This document shows, one piece after another, positions 1 through 10,349 of a stretch of 64,000 nt of DNA. How positions within the stretch are numbered: position 1 is the first letter of the stretch; each line of letters begins with the position of its first letter. Below the pieces are notes generated by a model. It worked only from the letters and a program-made list of their open reading frames with translations. It was not told the DNA's origin and ran no database searches. The stretch covers positions 32,001 through 96,000 of the forward strand of contig JAZAMN010000006.1 of assembly GCA_036229005.1 (NCBI GenBank), written 5' to 3'. The DNA comes from Myxococcota bacterium. Lineage in GTDB: Bacteria > Myxococcota_A > UBA796 > CAJQPC01. The translations under genes were made by a program, and so were the position numbers.

Positions 1-16
1 ACCGGCTGTGAGCCGG

Positions 17-357
17 GCGCTACGGGCTCTGAATGCACGCCTTGTCGGTGCTACGGGGCCTGAATGCGCGCATTCTCGGAGCTACGGGGTCTCAATGCCC
101 GCCTTCTCGGAGCTACGGGGTCTCAATGCCCGCATTCTCGAAGCTACGAGGTCTCAATGCGCGTTTTTCGGGGGCCACGGGGTCCGAATGCGCGGCAGCG
201 ACCCCAAACCCGCGCACTGAGGGGCCGTAGCTCGCCAAACCCCCGCACTGAGGGGCCGTAGCTCCCGTCGAGCGCGCACTCAGGCGCCGTAGCTCCCGTC
301 GAGCGCGCACTCACCCCGCGTAGCTCCACCAGGGCGCGCACTCGCACGCCGTAGCTC
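17..357. repeat. Two abutting, mutually inverted arrays of a 31-bp repeat (6 forward copies 17-202, 5 reverse copies 203-357)
   Basis: GC(T/C)ACG recurs at 19, 50, 81, 112, 143, 174; its reverse complement (C/G)CGTAGCTC recurs at 225, 256, 287, 318, 349; period is exactly 31 in both arms; consensus GAGCTACGG-N4-TSARTGCGCG-N8. Confidence 0.95.
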
Positions 358-386
358 TCCCTCGGAGCGTGAGCCCCCACGCCCGC

Positions 387-1748
387 TCAGACCTTCGCCG
401 CCTCCAGCTCCCCAATCCCCAGCCCAAGCTCCCCATCCACCCACGCAATGAGCGGAACGAGCTGCGGCCCCACCGGCGCCGCCGGCTCCAGCGCGCCCTC
501 CAGCGGCCCCAGGCTCAGGTAGCTGCCCATCGGTCCGGGCCCCAGGCTCAGCTTCCAGTGGGCGTCGGCCTCTTCACACCAGGCGAATCCAGTGCCCACC
601 TTTCGCAGCCAGCGGGTCTCGGTCTCCGTCCGGGTCTGGGGCAACAAAAGCCCCGCCCGCGCGGTCCGCGGCGCGTTCTCGCGCACCAGGGTCTGAAGCT
701 CCCCGAGCCGGAAGTCCAGGTCCAGGCCCTCGACCGCCGCAAAGTGCAGCGCCGTGATGGGGATGTCCAGGCCGCCGAAGAGCGGGAACATCGCGGCGCC
801 CACCCGCGGGTTCAGCTCGGTGGGCCAGAAGCCGTGGGCGCCCAGCACGCCGTCCACCGTGAAGGCCCCGCGGTAGCCCAGGGTCCGGGACAGGTGGCGC
901 CCGACCCGCTGGACCACCTCGGTCATGGCCAGGGTGTCCTCGGCTGCGGGCTCCCAGCTCGTCGCGGTGGAGCAATAGACGAACTGGCCCGAAGGGCGGC
1001 GGAGGACCAGCATCTCGCAGGGGACGAAAGCCGCCACCTCCTCCCCCACGACGAAGCCGTGCATCGAACAGGGGATGCCCTCCAGGAAAGGCATCAGGCG
1101 CACCCGCTCGCAGTCCCGGGTGAACAGCGGGAGCTCCCGGTCCAGGTCCCCAGCGGATCGCAGCCAGCGCACATAGGCGGCCCCACCGTTGAACCCCGCC
1201 TTCATGTCCCCACTCAGCACCACGCCCTGCCCGCGGTCGAGGTCACTCCAGGCATCCAGGATGGCCTGCCGCTCCGGCGCGAGCACCCGACTGGGGGCGT
1301 GGGGGATGCCGGCCTTCTGCCAGAGCGCCTCCACCTGGGTCTTGTCCTCCAGCGCCTGCCAGGCCTGGGGCCGCGCGCCAAAGGTCGGTCTCCCAGCCAC
1401 CGGCTCGCCCGCCGAGAAGAAGGGGCGCCATGCCCGCGCCGAGAAGCCGGGGTCGAAGTGGTCCACCCGCGCCAGGGCCTTCTGGGGGAGGGCGTCCATG
1501 GCCCGCTCGGCCTGCCGGATGCCGGCCATCATCGAGTCCGCGGGGGGCAGGTCCAGGCAGATGTGCTGCTCGTCCGGGGGCGCGCCGGTGCCCATGGAGC
1601 CGCCCAGGATCAGGAACTCCGTCGCCCCCAGGGTGCGCAGCTCCCGGGCCACGCCGCCGCCGGCCACCACCACGTCCATCGCGATGAGCCAGGGCGTGCG
1701 GGAGATCTCCGGGACCAGGATGCGCTGCCAGTGGTTCAGCTCCGACAC
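387..1748 (-). CDS. ATP-grasp fold protein of unknown function
   Basis: 453 aa; EDKTQVEALWQKAGIP, MPFLEGIPCS and FTVDGV...PTELNPR motifs typical of ATP-grasp ligases; GTG start directly follows the mlaD stop. Confidence 0.65.
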   Translation of the reverse strand: MSELNHWQRILVPEISRTPWLIAMDVVVAGGGVARELRTLGATEFLILGGSMGTGAPPDEQHICLDLPPADSMMAGIRQAERAMDALPQKALARVDHFDPGFSARAWRPFFSAGEPVAGRPTFGARPQAWQALEDKTQVEALWQKAGIPHAPSRVLAPERQAILDAWSDLDRGQGVVLSGDMKAGFNGGAAYVRWLRSAGDLDRELPLFTRDCERVRLMPFLEGIPCSMHGFVVGEEVAAFVPCEMLVLRRPSGQFVYCSTATSWEPAAEDTLAMTEVVQRVGRHLSRTLGYRGAFTVDGVLGAHGFWPTELNPRVGAAMFPLFGGLDIPITALHFAAVEGLDLDFRLGELQTLVRENAPRTARAGLLLPQTRTETETRWLRKVGTGFAWCEEADAHWKLSLGPGPMGSYLSLGPLEGALEPAAPVGPQLVPLIAWVDGELGLGIGELEAAKV

Positions 1749-2690
1749 TCAGTCCTCCCCGCGGCGCTCGATCAGCCGCACCTTGACGCCCTCTTCCCGC
1801 ATCAGCCGCTCGATCTCGGCGATGTCCAGGTCCTCGAAGTTCTCCAGCAGCCCGTCCAGCCGGGCGCTGCTGCCCTGGAGCTCCTCCAGCAGCGTGCGGG
1901 CCTCGGTCAGGGTGAGCTGGGCGTCTTCCGTGAGCTGGGGGAGCTCCGCGCTGGCGGTCTGCAGGTCCTCCACCATGGGCTCGGCCTTGTCCAGCAGCAG
2001 CTCGCCGCGGTCCACGAGCGCCTGCGCCTCCTCCATCGTGCTGCGCGCCTCCCGGCTGACCTGCCGCACCTCGGCCAGGGTCTGCCGCGACTCGGTGATC
2101 AGCTCGGGGGCCTGGGCGCTGGCCTCGTTCAGGTTGGCCAGGATGCCCTCCAGGTCTGCCCACATGCGCTGGGGGGCCTCGGGGTCCTCGCGCACGACCG
2201 CCACGATGGGGCCCAGGACCTCCTCGACCGCGTCGGGCTGCAGCTTCTCGCTCTCCTGTACGAAGGGCTTGAGCGCGGTCACCAGCTCATCGATCTCCAG
2301 CGAGCCCTTGGTGTCCGTGAGCACCGCGCCGGACTCCAGCAGGGGGGCGTCCCGCGACTGGGGCTGCAGCTCCACGTACTTCTCGCCCAGCACGCTACGC
2401 GCCCGCAGCACGACCACCACGTCCTCGCGGATGTCGGCGTCCCGCTCCAGCGCCAGGCCCACCACGGCCTTGTCGAAGTCCACGTCCAGGCTGCTCACCC
2501 GACCGACCTCGACCCCGGCCACGCGCACGCTCGCGCCCACCTGCAGCCCCGCGCTGTCCTCGAACACCGCGTCCACCTGCACCGGGTCGCCCAGGCCCCG
2601 CAGCGCGCCCACCTTGAAGGCCATGAACGCCAGCATCGCCGCAGCGCCGATGAGCAGCAGGCCGACGCCGATCTCGTGTTTGCGCGCCAT
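1749..2690 (-). CDS. mlaD: MlaD/MCE family protein
   Basis: N-terminal TM, FEDSAGLQVGASVRVAGVEVGRV, SVLGEKYVEL, long C-terminal coiled coil. Confidence 0.9.
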   Translation of the reverse strand: MARKHEIGVGLLLIGAAAMLAFMAFKVGALRGLGDPVQVDAVFEDSAGLQVGASVRVAGVEVGRVSSLDVDFDKAVVGLALERDADIREDVVVVLRARSVLGEKYVELQPQSRDAPLLESGAVLTDTKGSLEIDELVTALKPFVQESEKLQPDAVEEVLGPIVAVVREDPEAPQRMWADLEGILANLNEASAQAPELITESRQTLAEVRQVSREARSTMEEAQALVDRGELLLDKAEPMVEDLQTASAELPQLTEDAQLTLTEARTLLEELQGSSARLDGLLENFEDLDIAEIERLMREEGVKVRLIERRGED

Positions 2691-2695
2691 GTCGC

Positions 2696-3475
2696 TCAGA
2701 GCTCCGGGGGGGAGGGGAGGAGGAAGTGACCGTCGGGGTCCCGGCGCAGGCTCCGGGAGAGGAAGGCCCGCACCAGGGGACTCTCGTCCTGGATGAACGC
2801 GGGGGTTGGACCATAGGCGATCAGCCCGCCGTCGTGCAGCATGCCCACCTGGTCCGCCGTGCGCATCACCCCCAGGATGTCGTGGGAGATGATCACAAAG
2901 GTCATGCCCAGCTCCCCCTTGAGTCGCAGGATCAGCTTGTCGATCGCGTCGGAGGTCACCGGGTCCAGCCCCGAGTTGGGCTCGTCGAAGAGCAGGACCT
3001 CGGGCCGGTGCACGATCGCCCGCGCCAGGCCCACCCGCTTCCGCTCGCCTCCGGAGAGGTCGGTCACGGAGCGCTCTGCGCTGGCTGGGGCCAACTCCAC
3101 CTGCTCCAGAGCCCTCGCAACCCGCTGACGGATCTCGGTCTCGGCGAGGTCACCGTGATGATGACGCAGGGGGAACGCGACGTTCTCGCCCACGCTCAGG
3201 GACTGGAAGAGCGCGCCGTCCTGGAAGAGCATCCCGAAGCGCTTGCGCGTCTGCAGCAGGGTGGCCTCGCTGGCGCGCCCCATGTCCACACCGAAGCAGC
3301 GGACGCTCCCCCGGTCTGGACGGTGCAGCCCGACCAAGTGCTTGAGCAGTACGCTCTTTCCCGTCCCTGAGGGCCCGATCAGGGCCGTGCACGCCCCCAT
3401 CGGGATGTCCAGGCTCACGCCGCGGAGCACGTGGGCGCTGCCAAAGGACTTGTGGACATCGCGGAGCTCGATCAC
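2696..3475 (-). CDS. mlaF: MlaF-type ABC transporter ATP-binding protein
   Basis: Walker A GPSGTGKS, FGMLFQDGALF, LSGGERKRVGLARA, LLFDEP. Confidence 0.92.
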   Translation of the reverse strand: MIELRDVHKSFGSAHVLRGVSLDIPMGACTALIGPSGTGKSVLLKHLVGLHRPDRGSVRCFGVDMGRASEATLLQTRKRFGMLFQDGALFQSLSVGENVAFPLRHHHGDLAETEIRQRVARALEQVELAPASAERSVTDLSGGERKRVGLARAIVHRPEVLLFDEPNSGLDPVTSDAIDKLILRLKGELGMTFVIISHDILGVMRTADQVGMLHDGGLIAYGPTPAFIQDESPLVRAFLSRSLRRDPDGHFLLPSPPEL

Positions 3476-4212
3476 CCGTACACCGCCTGGGAGATGAGGA
3501 AGTTCAAGAGGTTGCAGCCCACCGCGGAGAGCACCACTGCGCGGTTGGTGGACTCCCCCACGCCGTCGGGGCCGGGGTCGCTGTAGAAGCCGTTGTAGGT
3601 GCTGACCAGGCTGATCACCGCGCCGAAGAGGGTGCCCTTGAACACCCCCAGGAGCAGGTCGCGGGGGCTGACCACGGACTCGGCGAACTCGATGAAGGTG
3701 GAGGGGTTCAGGTCGAGCTGGAAGGTGGCCACGGCCCAGGCGGCGGTGAAGATCACCGCGGAGGTCAGGATGGTGACCGCGGGCATGGCCAGGATGATCC
3801 CCAGAAAGCGGGGCGTGACCAGGTACCAGTGGGGCTGGACGCCCATGACCTCCAGCGCGTCGATCTCCTCACGGGTACGCATGATGGCGATCTCGGAGGC
3901 CATCTGGGTGCCCGACTTGGCGGCGACCATGCTGCCCGCGATGATGGGGGCGAACTCGCGCACCCCGGTGAGCCCCACAAAGAGCCCCACCATGCGCTGG
4001 CCGCCGATGGGCGTGAACGCGGCGTGCCCCTGGACAGCCAGGTTGGTCCCGACGAAGGCGGCGATGACGATCAGCAGCGGCAGGGCAGCGACGCCCACCT
4101 CCCAGGCCTCGACCATCGCGCGCCGGAGGGGAGGGGGGTGCGTCAGCGAGGCCCGGGTGAAGCGCCCCAGGAAGATGCCGAAGCGGCCCACAGCAGCGAT
4201 CGCGCGCATCAC
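3472..4212 (-). CDS. mlaE: MlaE family ABC permease
   Basis: REFAPII, EEIDALEVMGV, GVGESTNRAVV motifs. Confidence 0.9.
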   Translation of the reverse strand: MMRAIAAVGRFGIFLGRFTRASLTHPPPLRRAMVEAWEVGVAALPLLIVIAAFVGTNLAVQGHAAFTPIGGQRMVGLFVGLTGVREFAPIIAGSMVAAKSGTQMASEIAIMRTREEIDALEVMGVQPHWYLVTPRFLGIILAMPAVTILTSAVIFTAAWAVATFQLDLNPSTFIEFAESVVSPRDLLLGVFKGTLFGAVISLVSTYNGFYSDPGPDGVGESTNRAVVLSAVGCNLLNFLISQAVYG

Positions 4213-4970
4213 GACACCGCCCCGAAGAAGGCCGTGGACAGGAAGTAGTTGGCGACGATGAAGGCGGTGACGGTGTGCACCACGGTGTCGTTGACGGCGC
4301 GCCCGACCCCCACGGCGTCCGGGCGGGCGTGGGTCCCGTGCCAGGCGGCCAGGGCGCCGATGATGATGCCGAACACGGTGGACTTGACCAGCCCGGAGAC
4401 GATGTCGATGGGGGCCGTGAAGGCCCAGAGCTCGTTGACCAGGACGCCGGCCTGCTCGTGGCGGAAGACCACCGCGGTGACCAGGCCGCCGGTGATCCCG
4501 GCGATGACCCCGACCAGGTGGAGCAGGGGAGCGGCCAGGGCCAGCCCGGCGGCGCGAGGGAGCACGTGCAGAGCCATGGGGTCCACGCCCATCACGGCCG
4601 TGGCGTCCAGCTCCTCGCGGGAGTTCATCGAGGCGAGCTGCGCGGCGACGGCCGAGCCCCCCTGAGCGGCCACCAGGACGGAGGCCAGCACGGGGCTGAG
4701 CTCCCGGAGCACCGACGCGGAGACCAGCGCGGCCAGCAGGCGGTGGGCGCCGAAGAGATCAAAGACCTCCAGGCCCTGCAGGGCGATGACCATGCCCAGC
4801 GCCATCACGACAGCGGCCACGACCCAGACGCAGCGGGAGAAGGTCCAGGCCAGGTGCTCGATGGTCCGGCGGAGGTACCAGGGCCCCCGCAGCAGGCGCA
4901 GAGCCAGCTTGCCGGCGAAGATGCCGAAACGGCCGACCTTGACCACGGGGCTGAGCAGGGCGGTGAGCAC
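4209..4970 (-). CDS. mlaE: MlaE family ABC permease (second paralog)
   Basis: RELSPVL, EELDATAVMGVDP, GVGRAVNDTVV motifs; overlaps the next gene by 4 nt. Confidence 0.9.
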   Translation of the reverse strand: MLTALLSPVVKVGRFGIFAGKLALRLLRGPWYLRRTIEHLAWTFSRCVWVVAAVVMALGMVIALQGLEVFDLFGAHRLLAALVSASVLRELSPVLASVLVAAQGGSAVAAQLASMNSREELDATAVMGVDPMALHVLPRAAGLALAAPLLHLVGVIAGITGGLVTAVVFRHEQAGVLVNELWAFTAPIDIVSGLVKSTVFGIIIGALAAWHGTHARPDAVGVGRAVNDTVVHTVTAFIVANYFLSTAFFGAVS

Positions 4971-5091
4971 GGACGCAGCTTAGCCCGCCCGTGCGCTTCG
5001 GGAGACGCGGAGCGCCACACCCCGCGGATCCGCGCGTTATTGTCGGCTGACGCTCGGTCAAGCGCCCTCTGCCGACCCTGGAGTTGCCCCC

Positions 5092-5529
5092 GTGTCCCTC
5101 GCCCTCGCTCTGCTGGTCTGGATCCCCGCCGCCTTCGCCCAGGACCCCGCCGCCCCCGCGGAGGCCACCCAGGCCGAGACCCAGGAGCCCGAGACCCTCT
5201 ACACCACCGGCGAGGTCGGCTTGCTGCGCTTCCCCGGCGCCGCGGGCGGTGACAACCCCGTGGTCAAGAGCGTCGCAGCCGACACCGCTGTCACCGTCGT
5301 CTACCGTGAGGGCGAGCTGGTGCGCGTCCGCAGCGGCGCTGACTTTGGCTGGGCCCAGGCCTCCATGCTGACCGACGAGGCCCCCGCGCCCGTGGGTGGT
5401 GGCCTGCTCGACGGCCTGGACCTGGGCGGTATCGGCGGTGGCCTCGGCGGAAACCCCTTCGGCGGGAGCCCCTTCGGTAGCCCCACCGGCGGCCTCCCCG
5501 GCGCGCCCACCACGCCCCCGGCCGAGTGA
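5092..5529 (+). CDS. Secreted protein with SH3-like domain and Gly/Pro-rich tail
   Basis: Signal peptide ending AFA; VTVVYREGELVRVRSGADFGW resembles bacterial SH3; GxPF low-complexity tail; start uncertain. Confidence 0.55.
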   Translation: MSLALALLVWIPAAFAQDPAAPAEATQAETQEPETLYTTGEVGLLRFPGAAGGDNPVVKSVAADTAVTVVYREGELVRVRSGADFGWAQASMLTDEAPAPVGGGLLDGLDLGGIGGGLGGNPFGGSPFGSPTGGLPGAPTTPPAE

Positions 5530-5637
5530 CCCGCTCGCGCTGAACCCCTCGCTCCGAGTCCCCCTCGGGGCCCTTGGCTCCACGCCAGCCCCTCCCTCCC
5601 ATCCCCCCGGGCTCCGCGCCCCACTCCCCCCACTCCT

Positions 5638-6465
5638 ATGGTCGGCCTCTTCCGACGCGACGTGACCGTGGCTGTGCTGGCCTCGGGCTCTGGCGGCAAC
5701 TGCACCTACGTGGGGGACGGCAGCGCCGGCGTGCTGATCGACTGTGGGATCAGCACCAAGCGCATCCTGCAGCGCATGGAGGATCTGGGGCTCAAGGGCG
5801 CCCCCATCGACGGCGTGCTCATCACCCACGAGCACGGCGACCACGTCGGCTCCGCGCGGGTTCTCTGCGACAAGCTGCACCGCGAGCTCGGCACCTGGGT
5901 GCCCTTCTACATGACCCCGGGGACCCGCGACGGCACGCCGCAGCGCAGCATGCCCAAGGCGCTGGAGACCATCGAGGCGGGGGAGGCCTTCCGGATCCGG
6001 CAGCTCAACATCGACCCCTTCTCGATCCCCCACGACACTCTGGACCCGGTGGCCTACCGCGTCGAGGTCGGGGGGGTGAACGCCGCCGTGGTCACCGATC
6101 TGGGCCGTCCCACCCAGCTCGTCGCCCGCCGCATGCAGGACCTGGACGTGCTGGTGCTCGAGTACAACCACGACCTCCAGCAGCTCATGGAGGGGCCCTA
6201 CCCCTGGCACCTCAAGCAGCGCATCCGGGGCAACCACGGGCACCTGTCCAACCGCCAGGCCAACCAGCTCCTGCGGGACTCCATCTCGGAGCGCCTGCAG
6301 CACCTGGTGCTCGCCCACCTCTCCGAGCACAACAACACGCCCGAGAAGGCCATGAGCGCCTGCCGCAAGGCCCTGGACTGGCTGGACGTGGACCACGTGA
6401 GCGTCCAGGCCGCCCCCGCCGAGGGCCCCGCGCAGCCGCTCTCCCTGGTGGCCAACGACTGGTAG
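5638..6465 (+). CDS. MBL-fold metallo-hydrolase (YycJ/WalJ-like)
   Basis: LASGSGGNC, THEHGDH, PHD, TDLG, EYNHD, GHLSN, LAHLSEHNN. Confidence 0.9.
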   Translation: MVGLFRRDVTVAVLASGSGGNCTYVGDGSAGVLIDCGISTKRILQRMEDLGLKGAPIDGVLITHEHGDHVGSARVLCDKLHRELGTWVPFYMTPGTRDGTPQRSMPKALETIEAGEAFRIRQLNIDPFSIPHDTLDPVAYRVEVGGVNAAVVTDLGRPTQLVARRMQDLDVLVLEYNHDLQQLMEGPYPWHLKQRIRGNHGHLSNRQANQLLRDSISERLQHLVLAHLSEHNNTPEKAMSACRKALDWLDVDHVSVQAAPAEGPAQPLSLVANDW

Positions 6466-6547
6466 GGCATGGGGGATTCTCCCAACTCCCTGCAAACGGT
6501 GGCGGATCCGATCACTCTGTGAAACACTGTCTATTGTGAGGTGACAC

Positions 6548-7282
6548 GTGTTTCTCATTCCTCTGCTCGCCCTCAGTGGTTGCGCTTCCCGGGTCGCCTG
6601 GGAAGTCCGCCCTGCGCCCGCAGTCGAGCTGGACAGCACTGTCGTGGCCATCGCGACCGACGACCGCGCCTGCAAGCCCGTCGCCGACTCCTTGGTACGC
6701 ACCCTCTCCGCCCGCCCTGGGATGGATGTGCAGCCGCGCGCCGAGACCCGCCTGGTGGTCGAGAGCTGCGAGCAGTTCGTCTCCACCACGGTCGAGATCC
6801 AGCAGGACGCAGCGCAGGCCAGCACCCTCCACACCGACCGCCGCAAGACCACCGTCAGCGGCACCGGCGTCGCCGTGGTCGGGGTCTATGAGGGGGAGGA
6901 GCGGGTGGCCGAGATCGAAGTCTCGGTAGACCTATCGGACTCGGTGGGCTGGACGGAGTTCGACGCGGATCCGTCCTCGCCCGAGGTCAGCGAGATGAGC
7001 CGCGGCGTGGACCGCGAGCTGGCCGCCCAGATCGCCGACGAGATCGCGCCGCTGCCCCAGGACCTCAAGCGCCGCCTCTACAAGGACGCCGAGCCGGGCA
7101 CGGCGCGGGCGCTGCACAATGACGCCGTGGCCGCCGAGCAGTCCGGGGATCTGGACCAGGCCCTGATGCTGGCGGAGGAGGCCTACGCGGCGCACCCCAC
7201 CGCCGCGAACATGCGCTACATCGAGCAGCTTGAGCACCACGCTGAGACCGTCGGGTACGTGTTCGCCACCGAGGGCGAGTAG
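6548..7282 (+). CDS. Hypothetical lipoprotein with C-terminal TPR-like helices
   Basis: Lipobox LSGC; HNDAVAAEQSGDLDQALMLAEEAY. Confidence 0.6.
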   Translation: MFLIPLLALSGCASRVAWEVRPAPAVELDSTVVAIATDDRACKPVADSLVRTLSARPGMDVQPRAETRLVVESCEQFVSTTVEIQQDAAQASTLHTDRRKTTVSGTGVAVVGVYEGEERVAEIEVSVDLSDSVGWTEFDADPSSPEVSEMSRGVDRELAAQIADEIAPLPQDLKRRLYKDAEPGTARALHNDAVAAEQSGDLDQALMLAEEAYAAHPTAANMRYIEQLEHHAETVGYVFATEGE

Positions 7283-7286
7283 GGGG

Positions 7287-7688
7287 CTACCAGTCGTCCT
7301 CGTCGGGCGGCTCCGCCTGCACCCAACGAAACGGGGCGCTCGCCTGGACCTCCTTTCCGTCCAGCCACCAGCGGGTCTCGCCGCTCTGCGAGTTCTCCAT
7401 CCAGCCCTCCAGGATGGCGGCGTCCAGGGCCTCCAGCAGCTCCAGGACAAAGTCGGTGCCCACCGAGCAGCGCGTGTCGAAGCACACCCGCACGGCGCCC
7501 TCCACGTCCTCCAGCTCGAAGCGGCCGTCGAAGCTGCTGCGGATGTCCTCGCCGTCGGCGACGTCCTCGACGAGCTCCCAGGCGGCCTCGAAGTCCTGAT
7601 CGGTGAGGGCGGCGATGAAGCGGGCCAAGGGCGCCTCATCCTCCAGCAGCGCGGGGTTGAAGTACAGCGCGTAGTAGCGGGCGGACAT
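7287..7688 (-). CDS. Acidic hypothetical protein
   Basis: GC3-biased ORF, GGAG RBS upstream of ATG at 7688; no family recognised. Confidence 0.6.
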   Translation of the reverse strand: MSARYYALYFNPALLEDEAPLARFIAALTDQDFEAAWELVEDVADGEDIRSSFDGRFELEDVEGAVRVCFDTRCSVGTDFVLELLEALDAAILEGWMENSQSGETRWWLDGKEVQASAPFRWVQAEPPDEDDW

Positions 7689-7814
7689 GGGGCTCTCCTG
7701 TCTCCACAGCAGCGGCGACATCGACAGCGCTCCCGGGGGGCGGGTTCCCGCCGGGCGGCGCACAGGGTTCCCCGCAGGCACCGGGCGCTATAGACTCCGC
7801 TCAAAGGAGCCTGC

Positions 7815-8882
<1,068 letters not shown>

Positions 8883-9029
8883 CGGGGCCGCGGGGAACTG
8901 TGCCACTCGGTGCACCACACTCTCCGCAAAGTGGGCGCGCATGGATGGCGCAGGGCTGACCTACAGCAGTCCAGCACCGACCGGTGCGCGGTCGGCGTCC
9001 GGGCAACACGCACTCGCCCCAGGTGCTCC

Positions 9030-10334
9030 ATGCACACTCCCCATCTGGTCATCATCGGTGGAGGCTTCGGCGGCCTCGCCACCGCTCAGGCCCTCGCCTC
9101 CACCAAGCTCCGGGTCACCCTGGTGGATCGGCGCAACCACCACCTCTTCCAGCCGCTGCTCTACCAGGTCGCCACGGCCTCGCTGGCGCCCACCGACATC
9201 TCGGTCCCCATCCGCGCCGTGCTCTCCAAGGAGCAGCAGGTCTCCGTGCGCCTGGGCGAGGTCGAGTCCATCGACCCCCAGGCCCGCAAGGTCCACCTGC
9301 GCGGCCAGACCGGGCAGGACACCCTGGACTACGACTACCTGGTGGTCGCCACGGGCGTTCGCCACGCCTACTTCGGGCACCCCGAGTGGTCCGAGGACGC
9401 CCCCGGCCTCAAGACCGTCGCCGACGCCCTGGAGATCCGCCGCCGCGTCCTCACCGCCTTCGAGCAGGCCGAGTGGGAGCAGGATCCCAAGGCCCGCGAG
9501 CGGCTGTTGACCTTCGTGGTCGTGGGCGGAGGCCCCACCGGGGTGGAGCTGGCCGGCGCGCTGGCCGAGATCTCCGTGAACACCCTGCGCAAGGACTTCC
9601 GCAACATCGACACGCGCCAGGCCCGGGTCCTGCTGGTGGAGGCCGGGCCCAGCCTCCTGGGCGCCTTCGACCCTGAGCTTCAGGAGGAGGCGAAGACCGA
9701 GCTGTCCGCGCTGGGGGTGGAGCTCCGCTTTGGCACCCCGGTCACCCAGGTCACCTCGGCAGGGGTGCGCATCGGCGAGGACATGCTGCCGGCGGCCACC
9801 GTGCTCTGGGCAGCCGGGGTCAGCGCGGGCGCGCTCCTGGAGCCGCTGGGTGAGCGGGACCGGGCGGGCCGCGTGATGGTCGCGCCGGACTGCAGCGTGC
9901 CGGAGCACCCCAACGTGTTCGTCATCGGGGACGCCGCCCACCTCAAGCAGGCCGATGGGGTCGTGGTGCCGGGGCTCGCGCCGGCGGCGGTCCAGATGGG
10001 CCGCCACGCCGCCCGCTGCATCGAGGCGGATCTGGCCGGCAAGGAGCGGAGGGCGTTCGCCTACCGGGACAAGGGCAGCATGGCGACCATCGGGCGCAAC
10101 AAGGCCGTGCTCCAGTCGGGCAAGGTCCGCATGTCCGGGCGCCTGGCCTGGCTGGCCTGGGTGTTCGTGCACCTGTGGGAGCTGGTGAACTTCCGGGACC
10201 GCGTCAGCGTCTTCCTCAAGTGGGCCTGGGCCTGGTGGACCTGGGACCGCGCCGGGCGGCTGCTCTGGGACCCCCACGAGGGGGAGGCGCCCCAGCGCAC
10301 ACCGGACCAGGACCAACACCGCGGCGCCGCCTGA
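9030..10334 (+). CDS. ndh: Type II NADH dehydrogenase
   Basis: IIGGGFGG, HHLFQPLLYQVAT, VVGGGPTGVELAG, DKGSMATIGR. Confidence 0.93.
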   Translation: MHTPHLVIIGGGFGGLATAQALASTKLRVTLVDRRNHHLFQPLLYQVATASLAPTDISVPIRAVLSKEQQVSVRLGEVESIDPQARKVHLRGQTGQDTLDYDYLVVATGVRHAYFGHPEWSEDAPGLKTVADALEIRRRVLTAFEQAEWEQDPKARERLLTFVVVGGGPTGVELAGALAEISVNTLRKDFRNIDTRQARVLLVEAGPSLLGAFDPELQEEAKTELSALGVELRFGTPVTQVTSAGVRIGEDMLPAATVLWAAGVSAGALLEPLGERDRAGRVMVAPDCSVPEHPNVFVIGDAAHLKQADGVVVPGLAPAAVQMGRHAARCIEADLAGKERRAFAYRDKGSMATIGRNKAVLQSGKVRMSGRLAWLAWVFVHLWELVNFRDRVSVFLKWAWAWWTWDRAGRLLWDPHEGEAPQRTPDQDQHRGAA

Positions 10335-10349
10335 GGGCAGCTCCGCGGG

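Noticed and set aside
17..357. CRISPR array or repeat-protein ORFs
   Set aside because: Variable parts are only 4-8 nt and similar between units, the arms are inverted, and there are no cas genes in the window. The 31-nt period produces the same peptides in all three frames.
369..2796. Long plus-strand ORFs (786 and 535 aa)
   Set aside because: Antisense shadows of the ATP-grasp and mlaD genes caused by high-GC codon bias
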